A DNA stretch of 64,000 nt from a bacterium. GTDB lineage: Bacteria; Zhuqueibacterota; Zhuqueibacteria; Residuimicrobiales; Krinioviventaceae. Position 1 is the stretch's first letter, and the number at the start of each line of letters is the position of its first letter. The notes below the pieces were generated by a model, which was not told where the DNA came from, made no database searches, and saw only the letters and a program-made list of their open reading frames with translations. This document shows, piece after piece, positions 60,242-64,000 of this stretch. The stretch covers positions 2,784,001 through 2,848,000 of the forward strand of contig CAXXMD010000003.1 in the NCBI GenBank assembly GCA_963675755.2, written 5' to 3'. A program made the translations under genes and the position numbers.

Positions 60242-61720
60242 ATGAAAATATTATTAATTTATCCAGAAACGCCCACAACCTTTTGGAGTTTCAGGCATGC
60301 CCTGCGGTTTATTTCAAAAAAATCAAGTGAACCGCCTTTGGGTCTGGTTACGGTTGCGTCATTGCTCCCAAATGATTGGGAGAAAAAACTGATTGATATG
60401 AATGTTACAACCCTGAAAGATAAGCATCTGCTTTGGGCAGATTATGTTTTCCTGACGGGGATGAATGTTCATCTGGAATCATTTAAAAAAGTAGTGAATC
60501 GTTGTAATGTTCTGGGAGTCAAGATAGTTGCCGGTGGCCCCATGTGTACTACGGATTATGAACAATTTCAGGGTATTGATCATTTTATTTTAAATGAAGC
60601 AGAAATTACATTGCCCATGTTTCTCAATGATCTCGAGCAAGGTATTCCCCAGGCAATATATAAATCGGATGAATTTCCGGATTTGAGTAAAACCCCGGTC
60701 CCGGACTGGAGTTTGCTGGATATGAAAAAATACGCTTCAATGAGTGTGCAGTATTCTCGTGGATGTCCCTTTAACTGTGAATTTTGCAGTGTTACCATGT
60801 TAAACGGCCATAAACCTAGAACAAAATCGGTCTCGCAATTTATTGGCGAACTAGATTCTTTATATTCAGCAGGTTGGCGGGGCGGCATTTTTATTGTAGA
60901 CGATAATTTTATTGGCAACAAGCACCGGGTAAAAACAGAATTACTGCCGGCATTAATTGAATGGCAGGAAATACATGATCAACCCTATGAGTTTTTGACC
61001 GAAGTCTCTATCAACCTTGCAGACGATGAAGAACTTGTAATATTACTGGTAAAAGCCGGTTTACGGACGGTTTTTATTGGTATTGAAACCCCCAATGAAG
61101 CCAGTTTGAACGAATGCGGAAAAGGACAAAATTTAAAACGGGATATTGTAGAATCGGTTAAAACCCTGCAGCGTCTTGGACTTGTGGTGCATGGTGGTTT
61201 TATTGTCGGTTTTGACAATGATCCTCAAACCATCTTTGAAGATCAGATAACATTTATACAAAACAGTGGTATTGCCACTGCAATGGTTGGGCTGTTAACA
61301 GCATTATCCGGTACCAAATTATTCAAACGTTTAAAGTCAGAAAATCGATTGTTAAATCTCTCATCCGGTAATAATATGGATGGTTCTTTGAATTTTGTAC
61401 CGACTATGAATTATACAAAATTGGTCAAAGGGTACAAATCACTGTTAGATACGATATATTCTCAAAAAGCATATTATGAACGGGTAAAGATCTTTTTAAA
61501 TGAATATCATATGCCGGAACGGCAAAAAATAAGAATTTCTTTTTACGACATTCGTGCCTTTTTCAGATCCATGATTGTATTGGGTATATTTGAAAAGGGG
61601 AGAAGTTATTATTGGCGATTACTTTTTTACACAATTGTAAAATATCCCAGAAAATTATATTTGGCAGTTACGCTGGCAATATATGGTTTTCATTTTCGGA
61701 GAATTGTTAAAACAGTCTAG
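60242..61720 (+). CDS. B12-binding radical SAM protein, DUF4070/HpnP-like family
   Basis: 'LLIYPETPTTFWSF', 'PPLGLVTVA', RGCPFNCEFC, 'VDDNFIG', 'GFIVGFD', C-terminal 'GFHF'. Confidence 0.92.
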   Translation: MKILLIYPETPTTFWSFRHALRFISKKSSEPPLGLVTVASLLPNDWEKKLIDMNVTTLKDKHLLWADYVFLTGMNVHLESFKKVVNRCNVLGVKIVAGGPMCTTDYEQFQGIDHFILNEAEITLPMFLNDLEQGIPQAIYKSDEFPDLSKTPVPDWSLLDMKKYASMSVQYSRGCPFNCEFCSVTMLNGHKPRTKSVSQFIGELDSLYSAGWRGGIFIVDDNFIGNKHRVKTELLPALIEWQEIHDQPYEFLTEVSINLADDEELVILLVKAGLRTVFIGIETPNEASLNECGKGQNLKRDIVESVKTLQRLGLVVHGGFIVGFDNDPQTIFEDQITFIQNSGIATAMVGLLTALSGTKLFKRLKSENRLLNLSSGNNMDGSLNFVPTMNYTKLVKGYKSLLDTIYSQKAYYERVKIFLNEYHMPERQKIRISFYDIRAFFRSMIVLGIFEKGRSYYWRLLFYTIVKYPRKLYLAVTLAIYGFHFRRIVKTV

Positions 61721-61756
61721 TTTAGCAGGTGAATAAGGAAAAGAAAGTAGGAAATT

Positions 61757-62899
61757 ATGATAATTAACCATTTCCCAGAAATGCAAATTGGTAATTTAAA
61801 AATAAAAACTCCAATCATACAGGGAGGAATGGGTGTAGGTGTATCTCTGGCAGGTTTGGCTGCAGCGGTTGCAAATGAAGGCGGAATAGGTGTAATTGCC
61901 ACGCCCGGTATTGGTTTATTTGAAGCGGATTTGAGAAAAAATTATAAAAACGCAAATGCCCGTGCTTTAAAAAAAGAGATATTAAAAGCCAAGAGTATGA
62001 CATCTGGTGCAATTGGCGTAAATATAATGATTGCTTTAACAGATCATGAAACCCTGCTGCACGCGGCACTCGATGCCGGTGCGGATGTGGTTTTTATGGG
62101 TGCGGGATTGCCATTAAAGGTCCCGCAGATGATAACGCCTGAACGTTTGCAACTTGAATCCACCCGAATTGTTCCTATAATCTCTTCTGCAAGAGCAGCG
62201 CAGGCCATTTGTAAAGCCTGGGCTAAACATGATTGTGTGCCCGATGCCTTTGTAGTAGAAGGGCCTATGGCTGGCGGACATTTGGGGTTCAAGAAAGAAC
62301 AGCTTGATGATCCGGATTTTCAACTTGAAAAATTGGTTGCGGAAACTCTGGAGGCATTAAAACCCTTTGAAGAAAGTACGGGTAAAAAAATACCGGTTAT
62401 TGCTGCCGGCGGAATTTTTACCGGTGCGGATATTAAACGGTTTCTCGATCTGGGCGCGGCAGGGGTACAGATGGCAACCCGGTTTGTTGCTACACACGAA
62501 TGTGATGTGGATGACAGCTTTAAGCAGGCTTATGTGAATGCAGGTAAAGAGGATGTAATGATTATTGACAGTCCGGTAGGGTTACCGGGACGTGCAATTC
62601 GTAATCCGTTTTTAACCCGGGTAGAGGCAGGCGAGCATCCTTCATTCAAGTGCCCATGGAAATGTCTGCGAACCTGTGATTTTAGAACTGCACCATATTG
62701 TATTGCCGAAGCATTAACTAATGCGAAAATGGGCAAGCTTGAAGATGGATTCGCATTTGCAGGAGCAAACGCCTGGCGGGTTAACGAGATTGTATCGGTT
62801 AAGGAATTGGTTGATACGCTGGCAAAAGAGTATGATGCGGTTTGTGATAACAATGCTTCTCAAGCCGGTTTGAATTCGATCAGTGCGGATGCTGCTTGA
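61757..62899 (+). CDS. Nitronate monooxygenase / FabK-FabX-like flavoenzyme
   Basis: 'PIIQGGMGVGVS', 'EGPMAGGHLG', 'GVQMATRF', 'SPVGLPGRA', CxxxCxxxC Cys cluster plus 'YCI'. Confidence 0.9.
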   Translation: MIINHFPEMQIGNLKIKTPIIQGGMGVGVSLAGLAAAVANEGGIGVIATPGIGLFEADLRKNYKNANARALKKEILKAKSMTSGAIGVNIMIALTDHETLLHAALDAGADVVFMGAGLPLKVPQMITPERLQLESTRIVPIISSARAAQAICKAWAKHDCVPDAFVVEGPMAGGHLGFKKEQLDDPDFQLEKLVAETLEALKPFEESTGKKIPVIAAGGIFTGADIKRFLDLGAAGVQMATRFVATHECDVDDSFKQAYVNAGKEDVMIIDSPVGLPGRAIRNPFLTRVEAGEHPSFKCPWKCLRTCDFRTAPYCIAEALTNAKMGKLEDGFAFAGANAWRVNEIVSVKELVDTLAKEYDAVCDNNASQAGLNSISADAA

Positions 62900-62910
62900 T
62901 ATATATTATT

Positions 62911-62934
62911 ACCCGGAATTTAGAAATTCCGGGT
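62911..62934. terminator. Bidirectional hairpin between convergent genes
   Basis: ACCCGGAATTT/AAATTCCGGGT. Confidence 0.7.
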
Positions 62935-64000
62935 TTATTTTTCTTTGCTCATCGCTTCCTGAATTGCTATGAGCAGACCTGACTGGTCAAAGGGTTTTCT
63001 TACCAACCGGTATCCTTCTTCGGGTAGATGGCCCGTATCCAGCATGTCATGACTGTAACCACTTGCAAAGACAATGGGAAGGTCGGGGTGTGTTTTCCGT
63101 ATATGGTCATGTACCATTCTACCGCTTTTTTTCGGCATTACAACGTCTAATATAACCAGATCAAGATCTTTATTGTATTTTGAAAATTTTTCTATTGCGT
63201 TTTCGCCGTCAACAGCAGTAATGATATTGTATCCTGCTTGTTCTAATATGAGTTCTGCGAGTTCACGTACCTGTTCATCATCTTCTGCTAAAAGAATTGT
63301 TTCACCGGCACCTTTTAATTCTTTGTATTGTCTTTGTTTTTCTGCTTCAATGGTACTGTTTTGGTCTTTATTGGCGGGCAGATAGATTTTAAAAACAGTG
63401 CCCATACCTTCTTCGCTATAAAGATTAATAAATCCACCATGTCGTTTGGTTATTGCATACACAGTTGACAAGCCAAGGCCCGTACCTTCACCAACCGCTT
63501 TGGTGGTGAAAAAGGGCTCAAAAATACGGTCTCTAATATCTTTGGGAATTCCTTTACCAGTATCGCTCACATTTATTGCTACATAGTTACCTTCCTGTGC
63601 TTCTGCATGGATTTGACAATATTCTTTTGATAACTGCATATTTTCAGTTTCTATAGACAGTTTGCCTCCCTCGGGCATGGCGTCTCTGGCATTTACACAA
63701 AGATTGAGTAAAATTTGCTCTACCTGTCCGGGATCAGCTTGTAATATTTGTAGATCAGCACCGGGATGAAAACTCAACTCTATATGTTCACCAATAATCC
63801 TGCGAATCATTTTTAACAGACCGCTGGTAAGGTCATTTAGATCGATTTGTTTCAACTGCAAGGTTTCACGTCTGCTAAAGGCAAGCAATTGGCGTACGAG
63901 CGCAGTTGCCCGCTCAGAGGCTTTGGCTACATGGTCCAGCGTTTTTCTGGCGGGATTACCTTCTCCCAATATATCCTGGGTCAGCTCTGTGTAGCCGGCA
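62935..64000 (-). CDS. Hybrid sensor kinase/response regulator, 3' part
   Basis: 'QLLAFSR', '[10 protein letters not shown]', 'GTGLGL'; C-terminal REC; open to the window edge. Confidence 0.93.
   Translation of the reverse strand, partial: AGYTELTQDILGEGNPARKTLDHVAKASERATALVRQLLAFSRRETLQLKQIDLNDLTSGLLKMIRRIIGEHIELSFHPGADLQILQADPGQVEQILLNLCVNARDAMPEGGKLSIETENMQLSKEYCQIHAEAQEGNYVAINVSDTGKGIPKDIRDRIFEPFFTTKAVGEGTGLGLSTVYAITKRHGGFINLYSEEGMGTVFKIYLPANKDQNSTIEAEKQRQYKELKGAGETILLAEDDEQVRELAELILEQAGYNIITAVDGENAIEKFSKYNKDLDLVILDVVMPKKSGRMVHDHIRKTHPDLPIVFASGYSHDMLDTGHLPEEGYRLVRKPFDQSGLLIAIQEAMSKEK

Noticed and set aside
60242-61720. Assigning hpnP
   Set aside because: The family contains many non-HpnP members and no hopanoid genes are nearby
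1-64000. CRISPR arrays, tRNA/rRNA genes, IS elements, and the many short antisense or overlapping ORFs in the track
   Set aside because: No repeat-spacer periodicity, RNA-gene signature or transposase was seen by eye; the short ORFs are shadows of well-supported genes

Overview
A 64-kb chromosomal segment from an anaerobic-looking FCB-group bacterium. Candidate division KSB1 or a Calditrichota-like lineage is inferred from six proteins with 'YPNPFN' FlgD/T9SS-type-A C-terminal domains plus PorV- and PorT-like barrels. No rRNA, tRNA, CRISPR array, transposase or integrase was seen. Housekeeping genes: greA, lhr, uvrA, gltB-gltD. Highlights: (1) 1-15.3 kb, minus strand: a lipoprotein / GAF-sigma54 activator / membrane Ser-Thr kinase with PEGA domains / Kelch / TPR signalling block. 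It sits upstream of a sigma54-type promoter that drives a run of secreted vWA and VIT-vWA proteins, one with a degenerate MIDAS. An AT-rich passenger gene lies between 269-bp near-identical copies of the C-terminal sorting domain. (2) 31.6-35.7 kb: a sigma54 promoter with two TGCA-N5-TGCA enhancer palindromes that appears to produce a ~90-nt terminated G-rich small RNA. It lies just ahead of an FG-GAP sensor kinase, split by one in-frame TAG, and an NtrC-type regulator (a glmY/glrKR-like layout). (3) Two separately regulated B12-radical-SAM operons, each paired with a membrane- or lipid-related partner (PAQR/HlyIII; FabK/NMO family). All alignments and counts were done by eye.
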